A stretch of 55,777 bases of DNA, filler included, from Sphacelaria rigidula (GCA_964200075.2; 3 parts of 3 records of this genome joined end to end with filler, not necessarily neighbours in it), one strand, 5' to 3'. Counted from the whole stretch's first letter, positions 37,253 through 49,964 are shown. Program-made: numbers and translations. The notes: generated from the letters alone by a model not told the origin.

Positions 37253-40002
37253 CCCTTTCGGGCAATCAGGCAGAAGAAATCGTGAATTTGGTGATTTTGA
37301 GTCGTGATGATTTGTCCTAACCGTGAATTTATTAGTATGACGTTCTACGTGTACAAAAACACGCGAGCCGATTATGCGCAAAAGCGATCATTTGGCATAT
37401 TTCCCGAAGATTCGATGATGGGGAATTTCACCGTTAATGCCACTATGTGGTAGGCGATTACTTGAAAATACAGCAGTAGCAGCAATCTCTCCCCATAAGT
37501 TCTTGGTAAATTTGGTTCATTTAATAGGCATCGGGTAACGTTCATGATAGCTCTCCCGTCACGTTCCGACATCCCATTCTGTTGTGGCGTATACGGTGCT
37601 GTATATTCTTGTAAAATTCCCGTCATTTTACAGTATTGTCGAAAATAATATATGTACTCTCCTCCACGTTCAGTCCCGATGCGTTGGACTCGAAGTCTTA
37701 GGGGGATTGCTAGATCTTGGATGAATTTATGGAAGTGTAGATAAGGCCTGATATTTACTTTTGATGAAATATATAACCTTCAATCTACGGAAATAATCAG
37801 AAAATTCAGCCATATATTTAAAACCACCAATTGTCCGAGTCGATTGTCTTCGGGTGATTTTGCTGTGTACTTTCATTGGTCATACAAGTGTCGCATGAAG
37901 TAAGTGTGCCTTCGAAATTTACACCTGATTCTGTAATATTCTTTATACTACGCATAACTTGCGCAGACGGGTGACGAAGTCTTTCGTGCCAGACTTCTGC
38001 TCTTACCTCAGTTGAGTTCATCGAAGGACCTTCGGGCTGTTCTACATCAAAAACTTCAGTTGCATACGCAGTGCCTAACCCAACCCCAGGACTGTCCTAG
38101 GAATGGTGGCAGATGCCAGTGCTGTTCCATGGAAGTTATTCTCTGTTCTTGAACAATTCTCAAGCTAATATTATGCAATTTCCCAGTATTATTATTTGGA
38201 ATTGGAATTTTAAGATCACCTACATCAATGTGTGACTTTGTTGAAAACACTGTTGAAACACCCTTGCTGAGGGCCTCGCAAGGAGAAAATACATGTTCGA
38301 CTAGACCTGGAACTATTACAACGGGAAAACGGACAGAGCGTTCAATACCATTGACATCAGTAACCAATGATTGAAAAATGCCTTTCCCTGTGCCTTGTAA
38401 CATGTGTTTTCCTGCTGCTAATATGCTCATGGGTAGATCAAGCTTAACGAGGTCAAGCATCTCCATTTCAATATTAGGAAGTAGGTGGGAATCCCGAAAG
38501 TGATTGCTGGCTCCGCTGTCCACTACCATCGTGAATGGTTTCGCCACATGCATATCAAGAGAATCTTCTAGATCCCCAGCAAGAAAGGTATGCCCGACTC
38601 CGCTTGGTGGAGAAGGTCCCATGACAGTCGCTGCTGAAGGTGTATTTGATTGCTGGACGTTGGTGTACATAGGTACTGTAGTTGACGTGGGAGTTGTAGC
38701 AACTGTGTTCGCCTGATTGACAGGTCCATAATTCTGTATGTTTCGATGGTTATTATTGCTACTACGATCACGGTTATAACTGTTGTTCCGATCATTACCG
38801 CAGCGAGTATTACTATTAAATCCAGAGCTACCACGTGCGTTCTCATTGTTTATTTGATTTTCACAGTCTGAGTTATCATGTTTATTTGTTTTGTGTAGGC
38901 TACAACACTTAACCTGTCTGCCGTTACGCTGCTTCCTCGATCTGCAGTCACGCATGAGGCGACCAGGTTTCCCGCAATTACAACATTTATTCTGAGATGT
39001 GGTGGAAATCGAAGATGAATCTAGGGGGTGATGATGCATACATGGCACTCTCTTTACCTGCAGATTTTCTCACAGATTTACCACGAGCTAAACGATTGAC
39101 ATATAGATTCCTCATAGCGGATTCGATCTGTGACAGGCTAAAACCAGGGTCTTGTTCAGCGTCGTATTTAATTTGATTGTTATCATCAGTTGGTCCTTCG
39201 ATGGCTACATCTGTTAATCGTTCATCACTGACGCTCTCATGCATATCAGTCAATTCGTCTTTGATTTGATATAAATTTGAGAGGAATACATCCGGGTCCT
39301 CACCCTGCGACATGGTTGAATTGTCTAACTGTCTCATCAGAATTGGATGTCGTTGTTTTGATGAATTATGATATTTGGCAATCAAGCCATCCCAAGCTTT
39401 CTTACCGTTAGCAGTCGCTGAACTCTGTGGTCCGAGCCGTAGCATGAAAGTGCTTGCAGGTCCAGTCGTATCTAAATAAAGTATATTGAATAATTGTTCA
39501 TTCGCACGATCGTATGGGACTATTTCATCCTCATTACTAACTCTTCCCCTACTAGTTTTGTCTTCCTCTGAGGTAACGTCCTCTCCTTGAGAACGTGTTA
39601 CTACCGGGCTTGACCTAGTCGTGGATCTATCTTCCACGAACATTCTCATGAATTTCGGTGGGACGGGTTTTACCATTGAGAATTTCCGAAATATTGGGGT
39701 GTGTTGGAGATAAGGCAGCTTCAGTTTTGCCCTTTCACTCCATAAACTCTACGATCTGAATTCCATGACGGTGCACTCTACATCCATAAAAGCTTGATAC
39801 TACAGACTCCTCGACCCAAGCTCTTCACTATTCTGACATGAACAGTTCGACTTGATCCATTCATCAATCCTACGTAACCCTACGGTCAAAACCCGTTCGT
39901 TCTGTATGTTCTACGTTCTACGTTTGTTGCTGTTCATGCTGAACCGTAACTTAATCTACCGCTAAAGTTGTATGCATGTACGAAAAAGATTTCTTTCCAA
40001 CA
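37253..40002 (-). mobile_element. Decayed Ty1/copia LTR retrotransposon (gag, protease, GAG-pre-integrase, integrase); RT/RNase H not in this contig
   Basis: Gag (LFNILYLDTTGPA…GKKAWDGLIAKY…GEDPDVFL), zinc knuckle CCNCGKPGRLMRDC, protease VVDSGASNHF, VWHERLRHPS, and integrase YTAPYTPQQNGMSERDGR occur in copia order, with stops and frameshifts. The terminus TGTTGGAAAG at 40002 (minus) is tentative. Confidence 0.92.
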
Positions 40003-40157
40003 CGTGTCGGACCGGCGCTCCTTGATGGGCAGCTCCCTGGTCGTGTGAAGTACACCCACTTTGCGGCTGGTTCCACCTGAAATCTTATACTATAATTCTT
40101 GTATTCGGGTACTCACCTATGGTCGATTTTTTTCTTTCGGCGTAACACTGTAGATAT

Positions 40158-40497
40158 CACACGCGGCCACTCGGCTACCCCCATAAAAATCCTTCATTAT
40201 CACGAGTTTTATCCTCTCGAGGGTAAAATACGCCCTAGAGGGCATTTCATCCGCAGGTGCGGTCATAAACGGATCCTCTGGAGGGCATCTGATGCTTCAG
40301 TGACTTCCGAGGTCTAAATCCCTAGAGAGTAACAAAAACGATGGTGCTCTAGGGGGGCGCACATCCTCCAAATTTCTCCGGAGGGATGCGCGGCCCTCCA
40401 GAGGCAAAACAAGCCTCTGGAGGCGTTTCTTTTCTCTGGAGGCTCAAAAAGTGGACGGAACAGAGTATTTTGGGGGGTAGCCGAATGGCCGCGTGTG
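40158..40497. mobile_element. Non-autonomous TIR element, CACTA-like
   Basis: TIR CACACGCGGCCA(C/T)TCGGCTACCCCC at both ends, TAT on both flanks (40155-57, 40498-500), and repeated internal CCTCTGGAGG/CCTCCAGAGG-type near-palindromes. Confidence 0.8.
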
Positions 40498-40509
40498 TAT
40501 ATGTCGGCC

Positions 40510-40860
40510 AGAAAACACGGTGACAAAAGAGGCGACCCGGTACATCCGCCTTTTGATACCTATTTGGCCACCGGTGCGGGGCCACCCATCTGCTTCACAG
40601 TATGTAATATATCTTGGCTAAACGTCACGATGACAGAAACCGCGGGTCGATATGCGCCTTTTCGTACCCCTGTGGTAACCGGTGCTGTTTTGCTCATACC
40701 CGGGACTACACAATATGTTCCAATATGGTACCAATGCTTTGTATTGGAGACAGAACAAATATTTGCCCTTTCAATGTTATATTGTGTTGAGATGTCCTCG
40801 GAAATGTTGAAGCAACAACATATAGTTCTCGTGCCATGATCGTGAAGTAATGCATGGCAA
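40510..40860 (-). repeat. Second, inverted, diverged copy of the array-bearing repeat, left part
   Basis: Reverse complement aligns with about 36490-36840 (e.g. GAGGACATCTCAACACAATATA, AAAGGCGCATATCGACCCGCG, CCGGGTCGCCTCTT). Confidence 0.9.
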
Positions 40861-40940
40861 TATATATATATATATATAACAAAACATCCATTTTATCTTT
40901 TTCGGCGTTGAAGAGCCTTGGGTGCAGGTGCACTTTTTCA

Positions 40941-41120
40941 CTTGATTTTAGAGTACAGCGAAACGGAGTCATTCCGTCGTGTCCAGAAGATCTAAGAGGC
41001 CAGTATTTGCTCTTACTTGATTTTAGAGTACGGATAAACGGGGTCATTCCGTCGTTCCCCGAAACTCAGAGAGGCGAGCATTTGCTCTTACTTGAGTACA
41101 GTGAAACGGGGTCATTTCGT
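40941..41120 (+). repeat. 75 bp tandem repeat (about 2.4 copies) near the Helitron 5' end
   Basis: Units start at 40941, 41016 and 41091 (CTTGATTTTAGAGTAC…AAACGG.GTCATTCCGTCGT…ATTTGCTCTTA). Confidence 0.85.
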
Positions 41121-41769
41121 TCTCTCGAGCTCTGACAAGGTAGCATTACATTTCAAGGCAGCATTACATGATTTCCCTTCAGGAGGATTCGGGAGCATCG
41201 CTTCCGCGGCAGTGTTCTGCCCTTTTTTCCTCGGCGTGGCGGTAGACCCCTACAGGCCTTTCAATCGCTCCGCCGTTTTGTACGCTTTCTGTCAGAATCG
41301 TAGCCAGAAGCTCTTGAGACAGGTGCACTTTTTTCACTTACTTTTAGATGACGGCGAGCATGAGTCGCGAACTCTCCCAGTGTACAGAACAGAACGTCTG
41401 TGCTATCATGAGTCGCGAACTTTCTCAACCTCTCTGCCCGCGTGGCGCCGACTGGATGTGGCTTCTCGTGTGCTCCGTGTGTATTCTGCTCAGTTTTTTC
41501 CCGAACAAATCCGGTTGCAACTGTTTTTTGTAAAAGTTTATCATACGCCGCGGGATCCTCAAGTGTAACCCTTATACCGCGAACGTAGTCCATCTGGACT
41601 ATGCATACTTTTCTCAAGTAAAATTGATGCCGATTGAACAGATGACATGCTCTCGCTGTCCAAGGGTTAGACATTTTATGCGTCGGGCTCCGGAATTTCA
41701 TCGAAGGCACCTGCCGACCCTAGCTTGCCCCTGCCCCCACACATCACTCGACACCAGCCATTCATTGTA

Positions 41770-43147
41770 ATGACTTCAAGAAACATTTTTGCTGCGACAC
41801 CGCCAACAAAAAGAAAGACCGCTGCATTTACACACGGCGAAGTCATTGGTCAGTGTGTCGTCGAGGGCTGCGATAAGGCAGACATCACACGCTGCTGCGC
41901 GACGGGTGGCGGGTGCTCCGATTACGCCAAGACCGGGTTCAAGTACAGAATAAGCATCCTCGCCAACCCTTCGCCGTGCTGCACCTGCCTGGTGGACATC
42001 AAGCCGGGTGTGTTGTGCGTGGGAGTCCCCAACGCCAACGGGGAAAAAACTCACACTGCGGGCAAACCAGGTTGGTATTGCGCGTCGTCTTCCCTTTACC
42101 TTTTGTGTGCCGTTTGCTGCACACCGCGTTTTATTGATGTCTGTTTGCAGTACACGGCGCATGTACACAGCGTGTACGCGTTTGACCCCGTATCTATGTT
42201 GGCGATTCAGATCTCTACGGCCTCCTGAAGAGGTTGTCGATATTTTGGGTCAGACACTACAGTTGGATGGCGTCAGAAAACAGTTGTTCTCGTGCGATGT
42301 TTATTGAAGTCTGTCCCCATATCATGGTGGCTATTCGCATCTGTTCGGCCTCTTGAAACAGTTGTCATCGATTTGTGTGTCAGGCGCTACTGTTGAATGG
42401 CCTCAAAAACAGTTGTTTTCGTGCCGTGATTGTCTGTACCCTCCTGTGCACAGCCTACGTCAACACACACCTAAACTGGGAAGACTGCTTGGGGCACAAA
42501 GTCCGATTGGGCAGACACGGGAAAACGGCGTTCAAGTTAATCGAAAAGGTGTAAGCGGACGAAAATTGCGCCGGGGTGAGTCCGCATCACTCTCGTTTTA
42601 CACAGAAGCGTCTCATCATCTGATGAACTGGCATCACATTCACATGAAATACAACAAACTAGAACAGGATACCGGGTAGACTGTGCTTCCGCTCCAGACA
42701 TTGTCGCTGTTGTGTCGAGTGTGCCTCTCCTGCAGACACGTCACCTGCTTGACTCATTTCTCATTACGGAATGTGGTTCTCACTCGTGTGTAGACTGCGT
42801 CTCTGCTCCAGACAGTGCACCGTGAATATTGATAAGGGACACGCCACAATACCGTCTCATGTGTTTTGTGTTCACGGCTCCTCGTTTGCTTCGTGATTGT
42901 TCTGTGTGTTTGAACGCAGGTTTCCTGTACACGCTGCAAAGAGGGAATCGTCGTGGGACAGTACGTGATTTCCACGTACCAACCCGAAGCAGCGGCCCCA
43001 CTCCCCCCGAGCGCACCGCTTCACGCGAAGGACTGCGCTCGTGCGGTATTCGATGACAACCAGGTCCAGTTCGTGGGCGCCGTGCTGTTGGAGGGGCTAC
43101 CCTCCGACAAGGTGGTCACCACAGAAGACGTGAATTTCGAATTCTGA
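41770..43147 (+). CDS. Helitron-borne spliced gene or remnant with two PARP-type zinc-finger-like motifs
   Basis: Segment 1: YRISILANPSPCCTCLVDIKPGVLCVGVP…GWY. Segment 2 (exon after CAG, 42920-43147): VSCTRCKEGIVVGQYVIST…LHAKDCA…FVGAVLLEGL. Both resemble C-x2-C-x3-I-x2-G…H..C of zf-PARP. The splice path is unresolved. Confidence 0.5.
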
Positions 43148-46100
43148 GGTAAGGCGTTGCGCCCAATTCTTCAGTACCCGAAGGTCCCATTTTCAAGTGG
43201 GCTTCCATTTGGCTTTCATGCCCCATTCGGCCATTCCGCCCAGACTTCATTCGGCTCCCGCGCCCCATTCGGCTATTCTGCCGAAAACACATTTCGACGT
43301 TCACAAATACGCCCGAGAGCTACCTTTTGACGAGCTTGAAAGACGTGTTACATCTATTCGAACACGTGCCAAACGTTTTCACCGTGCCATTACAACTGAA
43401 GACGCCACAATCATGCGAATGTAGCATACACGAACATCCAAGGGCGTACACCGTCGTGGCCGTTTCAAATGTTACAGAAACGCGAAAATGTTACCGCACA
43501 TGACGACCAGTCAAACCACACGATATATGAGGTTGTCACAACGGAAAGCACACACACCACGTAGAAGTGCAAGACTTGGAAGCGAAAATAAGCGCTACAC
43601 CTGAAACCAAACTCAGTTCAAGAGTATCAGCGCAAAACAATAGTAGAGTTGGAGTGAAACAGAATGCCAGACCAAAAGCGAAAAAAAAAACACTGCAGCT
43701 GAGGTCAACAGTCTCAGCAGTAACGGGCCTTCAACCGCCGGTATATCACAGCAGCTCAGTTCAAAAGTAAATTCACGTCATTATACGGGTCGCCTATCTG
43801 ACGCCGTCGCGGCTGCGATTTGGCGGTCTGCTGTTCAGGGCACGGTAACCGCTCATCAATCCGCCGCAATGCGTCATCATATCTTATCACTTCGTAAAAA
43901 CGAAATGCAGACAAAAAGCAACGCGCAAATTTGTTGCTGACCGACGCCGACAACAAAACCCGCGACTTGGCGTTGTGACTTTTGGAAACAACACCGTTTC
44001 CCTGCCTGAAGAGCACAAGCTGAAGTACCCGGTTCTGTCCGATCCAAACAATAAAACATGCAACCATTGCGGTGCAATGCTTTGGGCAGAAGAAACGATT
44101 AGTTGTTGCCGTTCCCAATTTACCTCCATTGCCCAACGCGGTACAAGAATTATACAACCAAACATCAGTGATTAACAATCAACGCCAGTTAAATAGTTTG
44201 TTCTCACGGCACTTGGTGCAAGTCCTTCCGGTTGTTGGCAAGGTCCACCTGGGCAATCCATGCTTACGATGTGCGGTGAGGCTTATCGTCGTACTTTCGA
44301 TGCTGGAAACCTGCACGCCAATGAGACACGACCGACATGTAATACTGCGAGAGTTTATATCTTTGACGGCGAGCAGAGGGCACACGGTGAGAGTCTTGGA
44401 ATCGATCCGTCTATCGTTGATTCAATAAGAAACCTGCTTGATGAATATAATTCCTGGGTTGAATCGTACAGAAGCGCAGTGGACGAGATTGTGCGAAATG
44501 GCCATGATATTCACGATGCCCAAATATGCCTCGGTCCCGTCAATCGAACGACTCATGGACCGATTCTAGGCGAATTACCCACGACGTCTGAAATCGCGGC
44601 GTGCATCTTCCAGGAAGACACAACTCAATTGTTCCGACAAGTGTATACTTTCCCACGCAATAGCGATTCAGGTAGAGCCCGATTCGTACCAATATTTAGC
44701 CCCACTTACGAGCCTCTGGGCTACCCCCTCTAATTTTTCTCGGGCAGTAGTGGTAGATCAAAGGGCACCTGGATACCTGGCAAGGGACCCGTTGATGTCA
44801 CTGTCGGACCCGGCGGGAAAAAGGTACCACTAGCGTAGTATCTCAGACAACGACTGCTCTCCGAGCCCCTCTTTCACAGATTAAGTAGAGTGACACAAGA
44901 GTACCTGTGTGATATGTACTCTCGCTATGAAGAACTGTCCCTCCAGTATTCATCTGCTCCAGCAGGACAGAAAGGTGTTACGACGCACAAGGTGTTGGCA
45001 GATGCACCTCAAGGTGGTCGAATCGGTAAGGTATATTGCCGAAGGGTTTTCACGGTCACCCCCGCCAAAATGAAGGAAAACGTTAGAGATGCTCTAGCAG
45101 TCGTTGCAAGAAAGGGTCGTCCCAGTGCAATATCGTCATGACGTGTGACGGGAACTGGGAAGCGATTCAAGCGAATCTTCTCTACCAGGTCAGACTGCAT
45201 ATCATAGACCGGATTTGTGTGCCAGGGTTTTCAAAATAGAAAAGGACGAGCTATTGAAGGGCCTAAGGAGTGGCCGTATATTTGGTCCGGTTAGCTTTGA
45301 AATGAGTGTCATCGAGTTTCAAGAAAGAGGGATGCCCCACATGCATTTAGTAATTGAATTTCACGGACCCACACCCAATCAGATGGGTGAAATGGACGAA
45401 TGGTGCTGGGCAGAAATTCCTCCCGCTGACCTCAACAACGGAAAATCTAGAGAATAGGTGTTGGATCTCATGGTACACAGGCAATGTGGAAGCCACAACA
45501 TGGCATCGCCGTGCATGCAAGACGACCGTAATCGGCCTGGCGTGAAAGTATGTTGTAAAAAATACCCGCAACCATGGCGCGATGCTGCAGTCGTAAGTGG
45601 CAAAACCGGTAGAGCAGAGTACCGGCGTCGTGATACGGGGGAAAAATTTCAATATAAGCAGAAAGAGAACGGCAAATTTGTCGACGCCTTCGCCACAAAC
45701 CAGTGGATCGCCCCGTACAACATTTGGCTTCTATCCCAATACAAGTGTCATATGTGCTCCGATGTTTGCACTGCCAGCGCTGTAGTCAAATGTATTTACA
45801 AGTACATGAACAAGGGCGCTGGCTTCGTGAAAACAACGATTTTTTGCGGTGGCAATGAAATTGAAGCCTACCGTTCGGCGCGATACGTATCAGCGGCCGA
45901 GGCTGCCTGGCGCCTCCTAGGTTTCCACACCATGGACCGTTACCCTTCCGTATCGTCCCTGCGACTACACCTTCCCGACCTACAACAGGTTGCTGTCGAC
46001 GACTCCCTCCCCCGCACTGATCAACTCTCCGCCGCGTAAAACACACGGTCTGACCTCATTCCTTACCTCGGCAGGCCTACTGAGCCCGCACTTGATTCCC

Positions 46101-46885
46101 TGACTTATCTCGATCATTACGAAAAGTATATAGTTAAAAAAGATCGCAAATCTCGAACCACAGGGACTGTTTTCCAAGACACCTACGGCAGTTTCGTTAC
46201 CCCACGTTCTTCGGGAAAACATGTCGCCCGTGTCGTCGCCATCACACCTGATAAAGGCGATGTGTTCTACCTGCGCCTGATTCTTCAACACAAACCGGCG
46301 AGATCATTCCAACAACTGAGAAGTCATGACGGAACCGTGCATGACACTTTCCAGGACGCCGGCAGAGCTATGGGTATCGTCAAACACGACGACGAGTGTA
46401 AGGATCTGTTTGGAAGAGGCCACTGTGTTCAACACGGGTAGACAACTCTGTCTTGTATACTACAGGGTTATCGGTAGCGTGATGTCAGGGGCACCTAATA
46501 TGTTCATGATAGATGTGCCTGCTGGCACAGGTAAAACGTACACGGAAAGTGTTATTTGCGCTCAACTCAGGGCCCGCTCTAAGTTGGTACTTTGTGTCGC
46601 CAGTACGGGTATAGCTGGTCTGCAGCTGCCCGGAGGTTGGACAGCACATTCCATGTTCAAGCTTCCCCTCGATGATAGAAACGTCAGTGGCGCCATGTGC
46701 AACATCGCTGCCGAATCTCAGCGCGCCGAACTGCTGCGAAATGTGACCTCATCGCTTGGGACGAAATTCCGATGAGTCACCGATTTTCTGTTGAAGGTTT
46801 AAACCGCACCCTCCAAGACCTCATGGGCAACACACAGGTAATGCGCGGTAAGACTGAGTTGCTCAGTGGTGATCTAGGCCAAATA

Positions 46886-47060
46886 GGGCCTGTGGTCAAA
46901 CGTGGTAGCGCCGCCGAAACAATCGATGCCTCCATTATCTCCAGCACGCTTTGGATGCATGTCAACCGGATGTGGGCCTGTGGTCAAACGTGGTAGCGCC
47001 GCCGAAACAATCGATGCCTCCATTATCTCCAGCACGCTTTGGATGCATGTCAACCGGATG
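46886..47060 (+). repeat. 87 bp direct duplication (period 88) inside the helicase
   Basis: GGGCCTGTGGTCAAACGTGG…GTCAACCGGATG occurs at 46886-46972 and 46974-47060. Confidence 0.95.
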
Positions 47061-47129
47061 CGGCTCACTATCTCAAAACGCGATCGCGAGGATGCTTCGT
47101 ACGGTGCCTTTGTGCGTAATATTGGAATC

Positions 47130-47388
47130 TGTGACGGTAGCAGGTTGCTAGTACTGCAGCGTCTAAATGCTGTTGAGGGACTCCCCAGTTCCACTGGCCT
47201 CAAGGCCTCAGTTGTCAGCCTTCACAACACCTTATCATTACCGGGGTGCCTCCTGGGCACATGCGCTCCATAAATTACGTCAGGGTAACACCCCTGTGCC
47301 CATGTCATCATCCATCTCATCACTACAGATCCCAAGTCATCATCCAATCATCACCATCTACTTAACGTGGAGGCGTGATTTCGTCACA
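47130..47388. mobile_element. Solo LTR (259 bp) inserted in the Helitron helicase
   Basis: TGTGACG…CGTCACA termini with a 4 bp TSD AATC (47126-29, 47389-92). Removal restores FVRNIGIGTQPH in frame. Confidence 0.9.
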
Positions 47389-49259
47389 AATCGGAACGCA
47401 ACCGCACAGTACTACTGACGACAGAGTTGACGCCGTGCCCTTAGCATACGTTCCCGACACCTCAAATCAGCCTCTAGGTCCTTTCGTCATCGAGAACACC
47501 GATTCTTTTGAAGATTTAATACACTTCGTCTACCCGGGCATTCTCGACGCGGACCCAGCCGAGTTCAAGACAAGAGCCATTCTATCATCGACAAACGCTA
47601 CCATCGACACCATCAATGAGCATATCCTTAATATTCTCCCCGGTGATCTTCTCACAGCGTACAGTTGCGACTCCGTCGATCCTGTTGAAACTGATGGAAA
47701 CACTTTCGACTTCCTCCCCACTGCTGACCTCAACGCCATTGACGTCGCAGGAACACCGCCACATGCCTTGAATTTGAAGTTGAACTCGATCGTCATGATC
47801 ATTCGAAATCTAAATTTTAAGCAAGGCTTAGTTAATGGACAGAAGGCAATTGTTCGTGGATTTTCCACGCGTGTTGTCCATGTTGAACTACTTGACGGAC
47901 TATCCTCGATCGTACTTATTCCCCGAGTGCGTTTTCAAACTAAAGTTGGCCGAAATGGAATTACTTTCATGCGACAACAGCTACCGCTCCTTGTTTGTTA
48001 CGCGCTCACCATCAACAAAAGCCAGGGGCAAACCCTTTCTAAAATCGGACTTGATTTGAGATCGGACGTCTTTACTCATGGCCAACTTAGCGTCGCACTC
48101 AGTAAAGCGCAGAAGCGATCCGCGATCATGTGCTTGACCTTGCCCTCTCGATTGCGTTGTCATTTACGCCGGACTGCATTTGTTGCTGACATTACTTTCC
48201 CCGCTTTCGTTACGGCTGCAAATGACTCTAACCTTACCTTGCTCCTCCTGCCGCCGCCATACGACGATTACATCGGATGCATCCCTTCAGATGCAAACAT
48301 TCACGACGCCGACGATCGACGACATCCTCATCAGTGCGATGACAATGGCTGGATTGAGGCCAAAGGAACGCCCGACCGCTGAAAATTGTTTCGGATAGTT
48401 GGGACTTCGTACTCCGGCCGTATGTGCCATAGTTGGTCGCGTTGCGAGTACTGTGTGCTACTTGACTGTCACGATGCCACGTGGCGGTTGTCGTGTGCTC
48501 AACTGTCCTGCTATTTCTGGAGCCCGTTTCGTACGATAGGTCATGTCTGTGATGTTGAATACGAGGTTGTCCGTGTTTCGGGGGATATCGGTCGCTACTG
48601 TTGGTCCAGTGTTTTTGCTGTTTATGGACAGCTTTCGCACGACGTGATAGTCTGTCATGTTGAATACGTGGTCATCGTTTACCGTGTTTTGGGAGATATT
48701 GGTCGCTACTGTTGGTCGATTGTTGCCTTACTTCTTCCGTTTCTCTTATATATCCACTGCATTGCGGGTATTGTCTGCTTCGTTGTTGCTCACAAAGGAG
48801 GGGGAGTGAATATTTTTTGCCTTTTCAGTTGCTGTTTCTGGACCCTGTTCCGTACCATGGGCGTTTCCGCGGTGCAATAGTACTGGACTCATGGTTGCGA
48901 ACACCGGTGTGTGTCCCTCGCAAGTCTTTGTGTCCCCGGGTATCGGGTTCCTATTCGTTGTTGTGGGTGGAAGTAGTAAATGAGTGTCTTCGTATCTGTT
49001 CTTCGACGGTGGAGGTAGTCTTTTGCCCGTTCTACCGTATCGGTACAATCGTCAAACCATCATTAAGCCTATTCTTCATATCCTGCCCCCGGGACACGGG
49101 GCTCCATACGCACACAGCGCAATATACTGCACTTAAAGCTATGATCTGTTGGGTCACCTAATGCGAGCAACGATGACGGGTCCTCATGTACTTTGGCTAT
49201 CGATCTCATTGAGTGTGGCGGCGGAAGCCGCCGAACCCCTTGTGTGTGTATATATATAT

Positions 49260-49438
49260 ATATATAAATATATATTGGACATGCTGCTCCGGGAACAGAA
49301 AATTTAATGTATATTGTGCATATCGGCGGTGTATGTATTGAAGTAAGTGTCAACATATATATATATATATATATGTATATCGAGTCGAAGGGATGCGCAA
49401 CATATTGTTACCATAATATATATATATATATATATTGA
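49260..49438 (-). repeat. Second copy of the array-bearing repeat, right part
   Basis: TTGGACATGC…AATGTATATTGTGCAT…GTGTATGTATTGAAGT…TATATCGAGTCGA…CATATTGTTA matches the reverse complement of about 36360-36485. Confidence 0.88.
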
Positions 49439-49964
49439 TGCCCCGGGAACAGCTTTTTACGGCTGGAGTGCTCACTATTACGTGATATTACTGGTGCTTC
49501 AAAGAGAGTAAAGAGCCACTGACTATAGAATCACACCCTAACCTCTGAGCACACACCGTACGATATCTGATCATCAACATGTGACTCCAGATGGGCAGGT
49601 TTCAAATAGTAACCGCTTGCCATCAGCGCAGTGACACATATTCTTCACCCTACGGATATGCCAGTCGTGGTCCGCTGCCTGTAACACCAGCTTTGCGTGC
49701 TGATGTGATCACCCGCTCTTTCAAGGATGCTCCCCTCCATTGGAAAGACATTACCGTGGAAAATGCCTCTGTCGCCGTGTGTTGTACGGCTCCCGGCATG
49801 CAAATGCGAATATGACGGGGGCGGACATGCTTCCACATTATGGAAAGGAAAGGGCTCTGCTTAGTGTCCAGCTTGCCCACCCTAGAATCAAGCGTATGTT
49901 TCACGACGAACTCGCTTAGTAAGTCCTCCTGTGCTTCGCTGCTTCGTGTGTGCTCACCTGTCAG

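Larger units (their letters stand above)
43975..48382 (+). pseudogene. Helitron Rep-helicase (HUH nuclease + Pif1-family helicase), disrupted
   Basis: Rep region: CNHCGAMLWAEETISCC, PTTSEIAACI, YEPLGYPL, VIEFQERGMPHMHLV (HUH), KCIYKYMNKG, RYVSAAEAAWRLLGF. Helicase region: PAGTGKT, VASTGIA, WDEIPM, SGDLGQIGPV, IIRNLNFKQGLVNG, YALTINKSQGQTL, FTHGQLSVALS. Many stops and frameshifts. Confidence 0.96.
40861..49242 (+). mobile_element. Near full-length, decayed autonomous-type Helitron
   Basis: Internal Rep/Pif1 helicase remnants. The 3' hairpin GGCGGC-GGAA-GCCGCC (49217-49232) is followed by CTTG|T (49239-49242). The flanking host repeat resumes on both sides of TA tracts. Confidence 0.9.

Noticed and set aside
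36490-40860. Large inverted repeats flanking the copia element as TIRs of one giant transposon
   Set aside because: The two arms lie on different contigs separated by an artificial linker and are noticeably diverged.
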